From contig NZ_CM001976.1 of the NCBI RefSeq assembly GCF_000406145.1, forward strand, positions 3,101,337-3,133,336: a stretch of 32,000 nt of DNA, given 5' to 3'. The notes beneath the pieces were generated by a model. That model worked only from the letters and a program-made list of their open reading frames with translations. It had not been told where the DNA came from and did no database searches. The translations under genes and the position numbers were made by a program. The stretch comes from Dickeya dadantii NCPPB 898. GTDB taxonomy: Bacteria > Pseudomonadota > Gammaproteobacteria > Enterobacterales > Enterobacteriaceae. Shown here one piece after another: positions 17,506 to 26,968 of the stretch; the stretch's first letter is position 1; every line of letters starts with the position of its first letter.

Positions 17506-18054
17506 TCAATGTTCAAGCAAATCGTGCCAGGCGGCGCTCAGGTACTGGAACATCGACCAAAACGTTAGCACGGCAGCCACGTATAACGCCGCCACGCCAG
17601 CGGCTTCGACCATACGTTCAGGCCGCCACAGCAACCCGACCAGTGCAACCATCTGCGCAGTCGTTTTGATTTTACCAATCCACGATACCGCCACGCTGCT
17701 GCGCTTACCCAGCTCCGCCATCCATTCGCGCAATGCGGAAATGATGATCTCACGGGCAATCATCGTGGCGGCAGGCAACGTAATCCACCAGGAGTGATAA
17801 TGCTCAGCCACCAGCACCAGCGCAACCGCCACCATGACCTTATCGGCCACGGGGTCCAGAAAAGCGCCAAAGCGCGTGGTTTGTTTCCAGCGACGGGCAA
17901 GAAAACCGTCAAACCAGTCGGTCACCGCCGCAAAGACAAAGATGCCTGCGCATACCATTGGTGCCCAGTTGAATGGCAGGTAAAACGCCAGCACAAAGAA
18001 TGGGATTAGCACAACACGAAACAGGGTAAGCCACGTTGGTATATTAAATCGCAT
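17506..18054 (-). CDS. pgsA: CDP-diacylglycerol--glycerol-3-phosphate 3-phosphatidyltransferase
   Basis: [27 protein letters not shown]...[11 protein letters not shown]...FLDPVADK is near-colinear with E. coli PgsA (182 aa). I chose the ATG at 18054 rather than the upstream GTG at 18078, by homology. Confidence 0.93.
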   Translation of the reverse strand: MRFNIPTWLTLFRVVLIPFFVLAFYLPFNWAPMVCAGIFVFAAVTDWFDGFLARRWKQTTRFGAFLDPVADKVMVAVALVLVAEHYHSWWITLPAATMIAREIIISALREWMAELGKRSSVAVSWIGKIKTTAQMVALVGLLWRPERMVEAAGVAALYVAAVLTFWSMFQYLSAAWHDLLEH

Positions 18055-18111
18055 AGCGTCTGGGTAACTGTCTGGCACGAAAGATAATAGGGTTATGTTG
18101 CTACATTGCCT

Positions 18112-19944
18112 CTAGTGTTTCAATGCATGAAAGATTTTTTCTGCCAGCGCATGCGAAATTCCCGGTACGTTGGCGATGTCCTCCACGCTGGCGTTCATCA
18201 GCGGCTGTAATCCGCCCATGTATTTTAACAGCATCTGACGCCGCTTCGGCCCCACCCCGTCGATAGTCTCCAGCGAACTGGTGCTTTTTACTTTGGCACG
18301 CTGCTTACGGTGACCACTGATGGCATGATTATGCGAGTCGTCACGAATATGCTGAATGACATGCAACGCCGGCGAATCAGCTGGCAGCGCTACCCCCTCG
18401 CCTGTCGCTTCGAAAAACAGCGTCTCCAGCCCGGCCTTGCGATCGCTGCCTTTCGCCACACCCAGCAGCAAAGGACGTGATTTGTCCCAGGGCACCTGTA
18501 ATGACGCAAAGACCTCTTTGGCCTGCGCCAGTTGACCTTTACCGCCGTCAATTACGATGACGTCAGGAACCTTGCCTTCGTCAATCGACTTACCATACCG
18601 GCGCCGGAGCACCTGATTCATGGCGGCATAGTCATCTCCCGGCGTGATGCCGGCAATGTTGTAGCGGCGATACTCCGAGCGCAGCGGCCCATCCGCATTG
18701 AACACGACGCAGGACGCCACGGTCTGTTCCCCCATGGTATGGCTGATGTCGAAACATTCCATGCGGTTGATTTTTTCGATCCCGAGAACAGACGCCAACG
18801 CAGCCAGACGCTGTTGGACCGTCGATTGCTGCGACAACTTCGTCGTCAATGCCGTATGAGCGTTGGTGCGCGCCAGTTTAAGATAGCGCGCGCGGTCGCC
18901 GCGCGGTCGGGTTTGAATCTGAATTTTGCGGCCGGCCTGTTCGGTCAGGGATTCAGCCAGCAACTGATGCTCCGGCAGCGAGAAATCCAGCAGGATGTCA
19001 GACGGCAAGGTGCGGGAAACACTGCCTTGCAAATAGAACTGGCCGACAAACGTCTGCACCACTTCCGCCAGTTCTGTCCCTCCCGGGACTTTAGGGAAAT
19101 AGCTGCGACTGCCCAGCACTTTCCCCTGACGGATAAAGAGCACGTGTACACACGCCATACCGGCTTCAAACGCCACGCCGATCACGTCAAGATCATCGCC
19201 GTCGCCGGAGACGAACTGTTTTTCGGTCACCCGTCGCACCGCCTGTATCTGATCGCGAATACGCGCGGCTTCCTCAAATCGCAAGTCCCTGCTTGCCGTT
19301 TCCATACGTTCGATCAGGCGGGTCAATACCTGCTGATCTTTGCCCGACAGAAAGAGACGCACATACTCGACCTGCCGCTGATACTCTTCATCACTGACCA
19401 GACCGCTCACGCACGGCCCCAGACAACGGCCAATCTGATACTGCAGGCAAGGGCGCGAGCGGTTGCGGTACACGCTGTTTTCACACTGACGAATGGGGAA
19501 CAGCTTTTGCAACAGCAGCAGGGTTTCGCGCACGGCATTGCCATTGGGAAACGGGCCGAAGTATTCGCCCTTGGCGTGTTTGGCGCCGCGGTGAACCGAC
19601 AGACGGGGATGGGTATCCCCACTGAGGAAAATCAGCGGATAAGACTTATCGTCACGCAACAGCACATTGTAACGCGGCTGATAGCGTTTGATGTAATTGT
19701 GCTCAAGCAACAGGGCTTCGGTTTCAGTATGGGTGATCGTCACATCGATCTGCCGGATACTTTTCACCAAAGCCTCTGTTTTACGGCTGGCGACCTGAGC
19801 ACGAAAATAACTGGAAAGGCGTTTTTTTAGATCTTTGGCTTTACCGACGTAGATAACCGTGTCGCCGGCATCGTACATACGATAAACCCCAGGCTGACTG
19901 GTTACGGTCTTAAGAAAAGCCTGGGCGTCAAAACGTTCAGTCAC
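18112..19944 (-). CDS. uvrC: Excinuclease ABC subunit C
   Basis: 610 aa. [38 protein letters not shown] (GIY-YIG), a UVR domain, and a C-terminal HhH ([18 protein letters not shown]). The GTG start overlaps the uvrY stop by 8 nt. Confidence 0.97.
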   Translation of the reverse strand: MTERFDAQAFLKTVTSQPGVYRMYDAGDTVIYVGKAKDLKKRLSSYFRAQVASRKTEALVKSIRQIDVTITHTETEALLLEHNYIKRYQPRYNVLLRDDKSYPLIFLSGDTHPRLSVHRGAKHAKGEYFGPFPNGNAVRETLLLLQKLFPIRQCENSVYRNRSRPCLQYQIGRCLGPCVSGLVSDEEYQRQVEYVRLFLSGKDQQVLTRLIERMETASRDLRFEEAARIRDQIQAVRRVTEKQFVSGDGDDLDVIGVAFEAGMACVHVLFIRQGKVLGSRSYFPKVPGGTELAEVVQTFVGQFYLQGSVSRTLPSDILLDFSLPEHQLLAESLTEQAGRKIQIQTRPRGDRARYLKLARTNAHTALTTKLSQQSTVQQRLAALASVLGIEKINRMECFDISHTMGEQTVASCVVFNADGPLRSEYRRYNIAGITPGDDYAAMNQVLRRRYGKSIDEGKVPDVIVIDGGKGQLAQAKEVFASLQVPWDKSRPLLLGVAKGSDRKAGLETLFFEATGEGVALPADSPALHVIQHIRDDSHNHAISGHRKQRAKVKSTSSLETIDGVGPKRRQMLLKYMGGLQPLMNASVEDIANVPGISHALAEKIFHALKH

Positions 19945-20593
19945 TACTAATCAATGTCTCCGCGCTAAATAAGCCGTGGCGAATCGCCAGATGCGTCAGT
20001 TCAACATCGCCATTTATGTTCAGCTTACTGAACATTCGATAACGATAACTGTTGACCGTTTTCGGGCTAAGGTTGAGTTGATCGGAGATCTCCGTCACTT
20101 TTTGCCCTTTAGTGATCATCATCATAATCTGTAATTCGCGTTCAGACAGACACTCCAGCGGTGTTTCTGCCTGCGGCTCCAGTTGACTCAACGCCATTTG
20201 CTGAGCGATATCCGACGCAATATAGCGTTTGCCGGCATGCACAGAGCGAATGGCGCAAATCACCTCTTCCGGCGTGGCGCCCTTGCTAAGGTAACCCGCC
20301 GCCCCGGCCTGCATCACTTTAGCAGGTAACGGATTCTCTGTGTGAATCGTTAGCATTATAACTTTAATTTCAGGGGAAAATCGTACAATTTTGCGTGTTG
20401 CCTCAAGACCGCCGATTCCTGGCATGTTCATATCCATCAGCACAACGTCCGCACTGTTATTACGGCACCATCTGACCGCATCTTCACCGCACTGCGCCTC
20501 ACCAACAACCTTGAGGCCTTTAATATCGTCAAGAATGCGCCGTATCCCTGCTCGCACCAGTTCATGGTCATCAACAAGAAAAACGCTAATCAA
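19937..20593 (-). CDS. uvrY: Two-component response regulator UvrY/GacA family (218 aa)
   Basis: [20 protein letters not shown]...[21 protein letters not shown]...[43 protein letters not shown]. The TTG at 20593 has GGAG 9 nt upstream and matches the homologue N-terminus M-I-x-V-x-LVDDHE. The maximal ORF extends to a GTG at 20620. Confidence 0.92.
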   Translation of the reverse strand: MISVFLVDDHELVRAGIRRILDDIKGLKVVGEAQCGEDAVRWCRNNSADVVLMDMNMPGIGGLEATRKIVRFSPEIKVIMLTIHTENPLPAKVMQAGAAGYLSKGATPEEVICAIRSVHAGKRYIASDIAQQMALSQLEPQAETPLECLSERELQIMMMITKGQKVTEISDQLNLSPKTVNSYRYRMFSKLNINGDVELTHLAIRHGLFSAETLISSD

Positions 20594-21243
20594 AGAACAA
20601 TTCTCCAAAAAGAGTAACACTTACAGACGAGTTTGTTGCAGGTGGTACTACGTGGTTTAGAAAAAATGAATACACTTTTTAATTAAAAATGTATTTTTTA
20701 CTCTACCATGTGGTATTATTCTTTAAGTTCCCGAATGATAGCGACTGCGCATCAGACGTGGAACTCACTTCCATCACAGTATTCATATTTCCAACCTGGT
20801 TTTTTAGAGAAACAGACAGATTCACTGTCTGAAAAATGTCAAAATCTAAATTTAATCAATAGATTATCAAGTTTTGTAAGTACAGGCAATCGGGTGCGCA
20901 ATTGCTTTCTTTTCCATCATTGTAACTGTCTTGTCACTTTGCCGCACCGACTGTTTACTACAAATAATACACCTGCTTCAAAATATCCATATAAAAGTTG
21001 CAATGTATCTAATCAAACGCATTTAAAAGCCAAAAAACACACGTTAACAAAATATAGGCAAAATGTGGCGTAAACAGATAAAAAGAATACAACTTCATGG
21101 GTAAGAATGGTTATTTTCCTGACCAGATGTATTGTCAGCTATGGTATAATAAAGCCAAATTTTGTTATGTCGCCGGCGAGAATGGCAGCGCAGAACCAAT
21201 CCCTGCTCCACCGCGCCGGCTTCCGTTTGTTACAGGAGACACT

Positions 21244-21468
21244 ATGAACAACAACGACTTTCCGACAGCCTCTACACCCGAAACATTGGCGCATGAAGTC
21301 AGCTGCCTGAAAGTGCTGATGACGTTGATGCTGAAATCCATTGGTCAGGCTGATGCAGGCAAGGTCATCGTCAGCATGGAAAAATACATTGCCCAACTGG
21401 AAGACCCTGCTGAGGCGGAAATATTCGGCACAACCATTAAGCAAATCAAAACAGTCTATCGCCGCTAA
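21244..21468 (+). CDS. yecF: YecF-like small protein (DUF2594), 74 aa
   Basis: MNNNDFPTAS...LAHEVSCLKVLMTLMLKSIGQADAGKVIVSMEKYIAQLED...IKQIKTVYRR closely parallels E. coli YecF. AGGAGAC lies upstream of the ATG at 21244. The 123-aa ORF-track version is an upstream extension. Confidence 0.85.
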   Translation: MNNNDFPTASTPETLAHEVSCLKVLMTLMLKSIGQADAGKVIVSMEKYIAQLEDPAEAEIFGTTIKQIKTVYRR

Positions 21469-21800
21469 TCAAAACCCATCGGACATCAGCGCAACCCGCT
21501 ATTGCCCGATGGGGATGAGCCGCCTTCCCCGCACAATAAATAAGCAGAAATAAAAACAACAATGCGCGAATGTTGACATAATGATTTATATTTCGTCAAC
21601 AAAGCAGGCTATTGTCAGATAAATAGCCAGATAAATGGCAATATAAAAGTTTAATACTTGTGATCTATTCCGAAACAGCACGCCTTAACCCAAAATAGAG
21701 TTATTGAGTAATCATTCCGGGGAATTAAATAATGAGAAAATATTTCTGCGCGAAAATGCATTAGCATCAAAAAAAGAATAACACAAATGAAAGGAAGTGT

Positions 21801-21876
<76 letters not shown>

Positions 21877-21887
21877 AACGGGGACGG

Positions 21888-21916
21888 ATTATTCTCTTCT
21901 TAACGTCATCTGTCAA
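21888..21916 (-). promoter_or_regulatory. Putative sigma70 promoter of tRNA-Lys(CUU)
   Basis: Minus strand has TTGACA (21916-21911), a 17-nt spacer, AATAAT (21893-21888), then the GC-rich CCGTCCCCGTT just before the tRNA 5' end. Confidence 0.6.
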
Positions 21917-22202
21917 ATAGTTCATCTTATTTTTTCTGCGGACGGTGAATCGGCGAACACATTGTAACCTATCACTATTTTGTTACCCCTCACGGCTGCC
22001 AGTCGGCTTCAGACTGATTCCAGGATATAAATTCGCCATCGATTGAAGCACCTACCGAAGTGACACGAAATACGCCGCAACTCATCATGAGAAGAATACC
22101 GTGTTACTATTAACCATTCTAACTTCTTATATCACTAGGGAACGGGAGCGAAACCTGACAAACGCCCTCACCCTGGCAGACACAATCCGGAAATCACATT
22201 AC

Positions 22203-23606
22203 ATGACAGAACAAACGCACCACGTCCCGGACACTACCGGGCATAGCGATCTGCGGCGCAATCTAACCAACCGCCATATTCAGTTAATTGCCATCGGCGG
22301 CGCCATTGGTACCGGCCTGTTTATGGGGTCAGGAAAAACCATCAGCCTTGCCGGCCCATCAATTATATTCGTTTATATGATCATCGGGTTCATGCTGTTC
22401 TTTGTTATGCGCGCGATGGGCGAACTGCTGCTTTCCAACCTTAATTACAAATCGTTTAGCGACTTTGCCGCCGACCTGCTGGGGCCGTGGGCCGGTTTTT
22501 TTACCGGCTGGACTTACTGGTTCTGCTGGGTCGTGACCGGCATTGCCGATGTCGTCGCCATCAGCGCCTACGCACAATTCTGGTTTCCGGACCTGTCGCA
22601 GTGGATCAGTTCCCTGCTGTGCGTCCTGATGCTGCTGACGTTAAATCTGGCCACCGTCAAACTGTTTGGCGAAATGGAGTTCTGGTTCGCCATGATCAAG
22701 ATTGTCGCCATCGTTGCGCTGATCGTGATTGGCGCGGCTCTGGTTATCATGCAATTTACATCGCCTTCCGGCGCGGTAGCATCCGTGACTAATCTCTGGC
22801 AGGACGGCGGACTGTTTCCGAAAGGGCTCAGCGGCTTTTTCGCCGGCTTTCAAATAGCCGTGTTTGCCTTTGTCGGTATTGAACTGGTCGGCACCACGGC
22901 AGCGGAAACCAAAAACCCGAAAGTGGTTTTGCCACGTGCAATCAACGCCATACCGATACGCATCATTATGTTTTATGTGTTTGCACTGATGATGATTATG
23001 TCGGTTACGCCGTGGCGTCACATTGCGGCAGACCGCAGCCCGTTTGTCGAGATGTTTGTGTTAGTCGGTTTGCCGGCCGCCGCCAGCGTCATCAATTTCG
23101 TCGTGCTGACCTCCGCCGCATCGTCCGCCAACAGTGGGGTATTTTCGACCAGCCGCATGCTGTTTGGGCTGGCGAGACAAGGCGATGCGCCGGCGCGTTT
23201 CGGTCAGTTATCAAAACGGGCGGTGCCCTCGGCAGGACTGTTTTTTTCGTGCCTGTGCCTGCTTTCCGGCGTCGTGCTGATCTATTTAATCCCTAACGTC
23301 ATGACGGTCTTCACGCTGGTCACCACCGTGTCCGCCATTCTGTTCATGTTCGTGTGGAGTATCATTCTGTGCTCTTATTTGGTGTACCGCCGGAACCGGC
23401 CGCAGTTGCACCAAGCCTCTTCATACAAAATGCCATGGGGAATAGTAATGAGCTGGGTATGCCTGGCTTTCTTTGTTTTCGTGATGGTATTGCTGACATT
23501 GCAGCCGGATACCTTGCAGGCGTTGATGGTTACGCCGGTGTGGTTTGTCGTGCTGGCTATCGCCTATCAGTTTATTCGCCGCCGTAGAGCCAACGCCCTG
23601 GCGTGA
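22203..23606 (+). CDS. cycA: D-serine/D-alanine/glycine:H+ symporter (APC family)
   Basis: LRRNLTNRHIQLIAIGGAIGTGLFMGSGKTISLAGPSIIFVYMIIGFMLFFVMRAMGELLLSN... is near-identical in long stretches to E. coli CycA. The ATG at 22203 gives 467 aa (E. coli has 470). The ORF-track GTG at 22101 is an extension. Confidence 0.93.
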   Translation: MTEQTHHVPDTTGHSDLRRNLTNRHIQLIAIGGAIGTGLFMGSGKTISLAGPSIIFVYMIIGFMLFFVMRAMGELLLSNLNYKSFSDFAADLLGPWAGFFTGWTYWFCWVVTGIADVVAISAYAQFWFPDLSQWISSLLCVLMLLTLNLATVKLFGEMEFWFAMIKIVAIVALIVIGAALVIMQFTSPSGAVASVTNLWQDGGLFPKGLSGFFAGFQIAVFAFVGIELVGTTAAETKNPKVVLPRAINAIPIRIIMFYVFALMMIMSVTPWRHIAADRSPFVEMFVLVGLPAAASVINFVVLTSAASSANSGVFSTSRMLFGLARQGDAPARFGQLSKRAVPSAGLFFSCLCLLSGVVLIYLIPNVMTVFTLVTTVSAILFMFVWSIILCSYLVYRRNRPQLHQASSYKMPWGIVMSWVCLAFFVFVMVLLTLQPDTLQALMVTPVWFVVLAIAYQFIRRRRANALA

Positions 23607-23632
23607 CGCCTTAAAACAGCCCTGAGACCAAT

Positions 23633-23666
23633 ACGGTCAGCTACGCCTGATGATGTAGCTGACCGT
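23633..23666. terminator. 12-bp perfect hairpin between convergent cycA and nac' (terminator-like, no U tract)
   Basis: ACGGTCAGCTAC (23633-23644), a 10-nt loop, then GTAGCTGACCGT (23655-23666). Confidence 0.4.
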
Positions 23667-23672
23667 ACCCGA

Positions 23673-23948
23673 TTAAACGCTTACCGTTTGCCGTACACCA
23701 TTCACTGCATGTTTAGCCTGTTCGCACTGATTCAAAATGGTTTGTGCATGCGAATACAGAATTTTGCCCGCTTCAGTCGGCGTCACGCCACGACGACTAC
23801 GGACCAGCAGTTGCTTCTCCATTTCGCTTTCAAGCGTGGCAACTTGCTGGCTCAGCGCTGGTTGCGCGATATGCAACATTTCAGCGGCCTGGGTCAGGCT
23901 GCCGATATCAACGATTTTCACAAAGTATTTGAGCCGTCTCAGATTCAT
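23673..23948 (-). pseudogene. nac: Truncated nac-like LysR-family regulator: only the N-terminal winged-HTH (91 aa) remains
   Basis: MNLRRLKYFVKIVDIGSLTQAAEMLHIAQPALSQQVATLESEMEKQLLVRSRRGVTPTEAGKILYSHAQTILNQCEQAKHAV is colinear with E. coli Nac residues 1-~85, then diverges and stops (full Nac is 305 aa). AGGAGG lies 5 nt upstream of the ATG at 23948. Sits next to tRNA-Asn as nac-asnV does in E. coli. Confidence 0.7.
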
Positions 23949-24285
23949 GTGTACCTCCTGAATAGTTACGACTAAGTAGTAGCAAGAAGCGCGCCAGATC
24001 ATTTCACTATCATCAAAAAAAGCATGGCGATGGCTTAACCCGCTTAAAAATAAGTAAAAGCAATGGCGATAGCGGTGGCAGTAACAATACTAATCCCCCT
24101 GTCGCTGTCCGTCGTATCCTGATGCCAGGAGTTTTTTGCACCAAAACAGTGCGATCGCTGCTATTTGAAAGTGCACTCGCTAACGAGTTCAACGGTTCGC
24201 CTGGTGTGAAAAGCGCCGACTACCACAGTAATTTCAATCATTTGATTATAACTTCAGCAAACAGTCGCCCGCGACGTTAACATGC

Positions 24286-24315
24286 TTTGACAAGCCGTCA
24301 GGCTATCGCTATCAT
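24286..24315 (+). promoter_or_regulatory. Putative sigma70 promoter of tRNA-Asn
   Basis: TTGACA (24286-24291), an 18-nt spacer, TATCAT (24310-24315). The tRNA starts at 24333. Confidence 0.55.
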
Positions 24316-24332
24316 CCACACCACTTAGCGAT

Positions 24333-24408
24333 TCCTCTGTAGTTCAGTCGGTAGAACGGCGGACTGTTAATCCGTATGTCACTGGTTCGAGTCCAGTCAG
24401 AGGAGCCA
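24333..24408 (+). tRNA. asnV: tRNA-Asn (anticodon GUU)
   Basis: TCCTCTGTAGTTCAGTCGGTAGAACGGCGGACTGTTAATCCGTATGTCACTGGTTCGAGTCCAGTCAGAGGAGCCA is identical, as far as I recall, to E. coli tRNA-Asn. The locus name is inferred from adjacency to nac. Confidence 0.95.
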
Positions 24409-24418
24409 ATTTAAAGAA

Positions 24419-24447
24419 TGTAGATGCCTACGGGCGTCTACATTTTT
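24419..24447 (+). terminator. Rho-independent terminator after tRNA-Asn
   Basis: TGTAGATGCC (24419-24428), loop TACG, GGCGTCTACA (24433-24442, one G-U pair), then TTTTT (24443-24447). Confidence 0.7.
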
Positions 24448-24523
24448 GCATTTAATCAATTGCTTGCCCCTCTTCTCTTGTCTACTAACATCCACTGAAA
24501 TACACCTATATCCAGCAATTTTG

Positions 24524-24552
24524 TTGGTAGATTTCTTGGTAGTTCTGGTTAG
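24524..24552 (+). repeat. Three helically phased direct repeats TTGGTAG / TTGGTAG / TGGTTAG upstream of int
   Basis: Copies at 24524-24530, 24536-24542 and 24546-24552. TTGTTGG (24521-24527) is also inverted as CCAACAA (24565-24571), just before the int RBS. Confidence 0.4.
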
Positions 24553-24587
24553 ATTTTCCTTATACCAACAAAAAGGAAAGAGAATCT

Positions 24588-25862
24588 ATGTCACTTACTG
24601 ACACCAAAGTAAAAAAAGCTAAACCTCTTGAGAAAGAATACAAGCTTACTGACGGTTTTGGTATGCACCTGCTTGTCCACCCGAACGGCTCTAAATACTG
24701 GCGACTTTCCTACCGCTTTGCGCAGAAGCAAAAACTGTTAGCGTTGGGGGTTTACCCTGCTATTTCTTTGACTGACGCAAGGGAGCGTCGTGATGAAGCG
24801 CGTAAGCTGATTGCTAATGGGATTGATCCCGGAGCCAGAAAAAAATCAGGCCGTGAGCGACAAGGAACACATGATGAATCTCGCTCCTTTGCTGTAATGG
24901 CTCGTGCATGGGCTGAGACCAAAACCAAGTGGTCAGAAGACTACAAAGTTAAGGTCTGGAGACGCATTGAAAACTACCTCCTGCCAGATCTGGGAAATCG
25001 TGATGTATCAGAGCTTGATACCAGCGATTTACTCATCCCCCTCAGAAAAGTTGAGAAATTAGGCTATCTCGACATCACCATGCGCCTGAAGCAGTATACA
25101 ACCTCTATCATGCGATACGCCGTCCAACAGAAGATCATCAGTTATAACCCTGCTTATGATTTGCAAGGCACTATCGAAAAAGGTGAGACAGCGCACCGCC
25201 CTTCTATCGAAATCTATGAAATTCCCGATCTCTTACAAAAACTCGACAACTACCGTGGTCGGGGTCTTTTAACAGAATTAGCGATCAAGCTCACATTATT
25301 AGTTTTTGTCAGGTCAAGTGAGTTACGTTTTGCCCGATGGAGTGAAATCGACTTCAAAAAATCTCTCTGGGTTATCCCTGAACAACGCAAGGAAGTTAAA
25401 GGGGTAAAACACTCTGGTCGTGGTGCCAAAATGAAGAGAAAGCATTTTGTCCCACTGTGCAGGCAGGCGGTTGAGATCTTGAAAGAGGTTAAACAGATCA
25501 CTTATGGTGAAAAAGCGGGTGACGGGTTTATTTTCACCGGGTTTTACGACAATGATTCTGCGATGAGTTCAGGCACTATCAATAAAGCCCTTCAGCGTAT
25601 GGGATATGACACCAAAACCGATCTGTGTGGGCATGGCTTTCGCACGTTAGCCTGTAGTGCATTGACGGAATCTGGATTGTGGTCGGAAGATACAGTCGAG
25701 CTTCAAATGAGCCATAAAGAGAGAAACACCGTTAGATCTGCTTATACCCATAAAGTCAGTCATCTTGACCAGCGTAAACTGATGCTGCAATGGTGGGCAG
25801 ACTTTCTGGATGCGAATCGCAATGGAGTAGTTAGCCCGTTTGAGTTTGCACAGAAAGGATAG
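24588..25862 (+). CDS. int: P4/CP4-57-type tyrosine integrase (424 aa)
   Basis: N-terminus MSLTDTKVKKAKPLEKEYKLTDGFGMHLLVHPNGSKYWRLSYRF (DUF4102-type arm-binding domain). Catalytic motifs are FVRSSELRFARWSEIDF, CGHGFRTLACSAL and VRSAYTH. Strong resemblance to the tRNA-Asn HPI integrase. RBS is AGGAAAGAG. Confidence 0.93.
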   Translation: MSLTDTKVKKAKPLEKEYKLTDGFGMHLLVHPNGSKYWRLSYRFAQKQKLLALGVYPAISLTDARERRDEARKLIANGIDPGARKKSGRERQGTHDESRSFAVMARAWAETKTKWSEDYKVKVWRRIENYLLPDLGNRDVSELDTSDLLIPLRKVEKLGYLDITMRLKQYTTSIMRYAVQQKIISYNPAYDLQGTIEKGETAHRPSIEIYEIPDLLQKLDNYRGRGLLTELAIKLTLLVFVRSSELRFARWSEIDFKKSLWVIPEQRKEVKGVKHSGRGAKMKRKHFVPLCRQAVEILKEVKQITYGEKAGDGFIFTGFYDNDSAMSSGTINKALQRMGYDTKTDLCGHGFRTLACSALTESGLWSEDTVELQMSHKERNTVRSAYTHKVSHLDQRKLMLQWWADFLDANRNGVVSPFEFAQKG

Positions 25863-26095
25863 ATTTAAGGCCAAGGATGGCTAGATTGTATTATCACCTC
25901 GGTTCATTGCTTTACATTCTCAGTTTCTAAACGACAAGCTTTTTAAGTCGCTGTCCAGGCTAACGTGTCCGCTTACCACTACCTTAAACAAATCTCTTTC
26001 CAATGAAATACTTACCAATCTATTAATGTGATAAGAATGTATTCCGCTCATTAGTTGATTGCATTACAATCAATCGTAACGCAATCATGTAATTC

Positions 26096-26743
26096 ATGGA
26101 TGGAATGACAGTGACTGAAGCAGATCTGGATGAACTGGCTGACCGTATAGTGAAGATGCTAACCACTACGGATTTTTATGAAGGGATGGGATCTGGAATA
26201 TCAGAGATAGGCAAGAACTACGGTTATCTCGCATATGGCTTTATAGATACCGACTCTCGCTCATCAAGAGAAAGAGAGGTAGAAAGGCTGATCAGAGCGA
26301 TTCATAAAGGGATTGTATCAAGAGATAAGATCATTGAAGCAATAACCCGCATATTCAACATCTTCAACCGTAATGTTTCCGAAGCTAAAAAAGAGGCAAT
26401 TTATAATAAGGTAGCCGGAGGATTGGTCGGTGGATTCATTGTTTCTCAGGCAGTGATGATCACATCCAAGCGCATTGGTAATATGCCAAAAGTGTCTACC
26501 GCAATGGTGTATTATGTATTGCTATTAGGTGGGATGATGGATAGAGCAATATATAGATCCCGGTCGTTGAGAGAGCAGAATCCTGAAGTTTATTCAGAAC
26601 TAAGAAGAGATGATTTAGATCTTCTTTTCTTTCTTTTCGAAGATCAAGTCGAGCCATTGGTTGAAGCGATAAAGATGAGAAGAACTTATGGCGCAGGTAT
26701 GTTTAACAATCTGATTGATAAAGTTGAATACCGGATGAAATGA
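26096..26743 (+). CDS. Hypothetical protein (215 aa) with a central glycine-rich hydrophobic hairpin
   Basis: ORF-track ORF. VAGGLVGGFIVSQAVMITS and STAMVYYVLLLGGMM look like two TM segments. No recognisable family. Ends at TGA 26741-26743, followed in frame by another 66 sense codons. Confidence 0.55.
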   Translation: MDGMTVTEADLDELADRIVKMLTTTDFYEGMGSGISEIGKNYGYLAYGFIDTDSRSSREREVERLIRAIHKGIVSRDKIIEAITRIFNIFNRNVSEAKKEAIYNKVAGGLVGGFIVSQAVMITSKRIGNMPKVSTAMVYYVLLLGGMMDRAIYRSRSLREQNPEVYSELRRDDLDLLFFLFEDQVEPLVEAIKMRRTYGAGMFNNLIDKVEYRMK

Positions 26744-26944
26744 TATGCTTACACTCTTAAAAAAATCGGCGTATTTTTATTTAAAAACATCATCTTTGCT
26801 CTTTTCAGCATATCCTTTCTTTGTATTATCTATATTTTATTGGTTGGATATGCTCCGTGGAATGAAAAAACCATTCATCTCATCATCGCCATTGCAGTCT
26901 GCTTCGGATTAGGGAAATTCTTCACATGGCTTGATGAAAAATAA
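26744..26944 (+). other. In-frame 66-codon continuation after the TGA, encoding a two-TM hairpin (readthrough product, nonsense-split gene, or separate mini-protein)
   Basis: YAYTLKKIGVFLFKNIIFALFSISFLCIIYILLVGYAPWNEKTIHLIIAIAVCFGLGKFFTWLDEK-TAA (stop 26942-26944). No ATG or GTG start in this frame; the only TTG is 33 codons in. The ATG at 26746 is in a different frame and gives a 55-aa product. Confidence 0.4.
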
Positions 26945-26963
26945 ATGCAGGGTATCCCCTGCA
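26936..26963 (-). terminator. Rho-independent terminator of hcp (shared hairpin between convergent genes)
   Basis: Minus strand after the hcp stop reads TGCAGGG-GATA-CCCTGCA (26963-26946) followed by TTTATTTTT. Confidence 0.7.
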
Positions 26964-26968
26964 CTTGT

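Noticed and set aside
18532-19830. 432-aa plus-strand ORF.
   Set aside because: It lies entirely antisense to uvrC, whose identity is unambiguous. The product is Arg/Ala/Gln-rich with no recognisable motifs.
20708-21073. 121-aa ORF in the uvrY-yecF spacer.
   Set aside because: No RBS, an implausible composition (Cys/His/Asn/Ser/Thr-rich, no hydrophobic core pattern) and an AT-rich intergenic context.
22101-22202. N-terminal extensions offered by the ORF track: cycA from the GTG at 22101, pgsA from 18078, yecF from 21097, uvrY from 20620, nac' from 24002.
   Set aside because: Homologue N-termini and RBS positions support the shorter starts given in the feature list.
22359-23587. Several 60-126-aa ORFs inside or antisense to cycA.
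   Set aside because: They are overlapped by the strongly supported cycA frame.
25250-25874. 83-aa and 75-aa minus-strand ORFs.
   Set aside because: They are antisense to the integrase gene.
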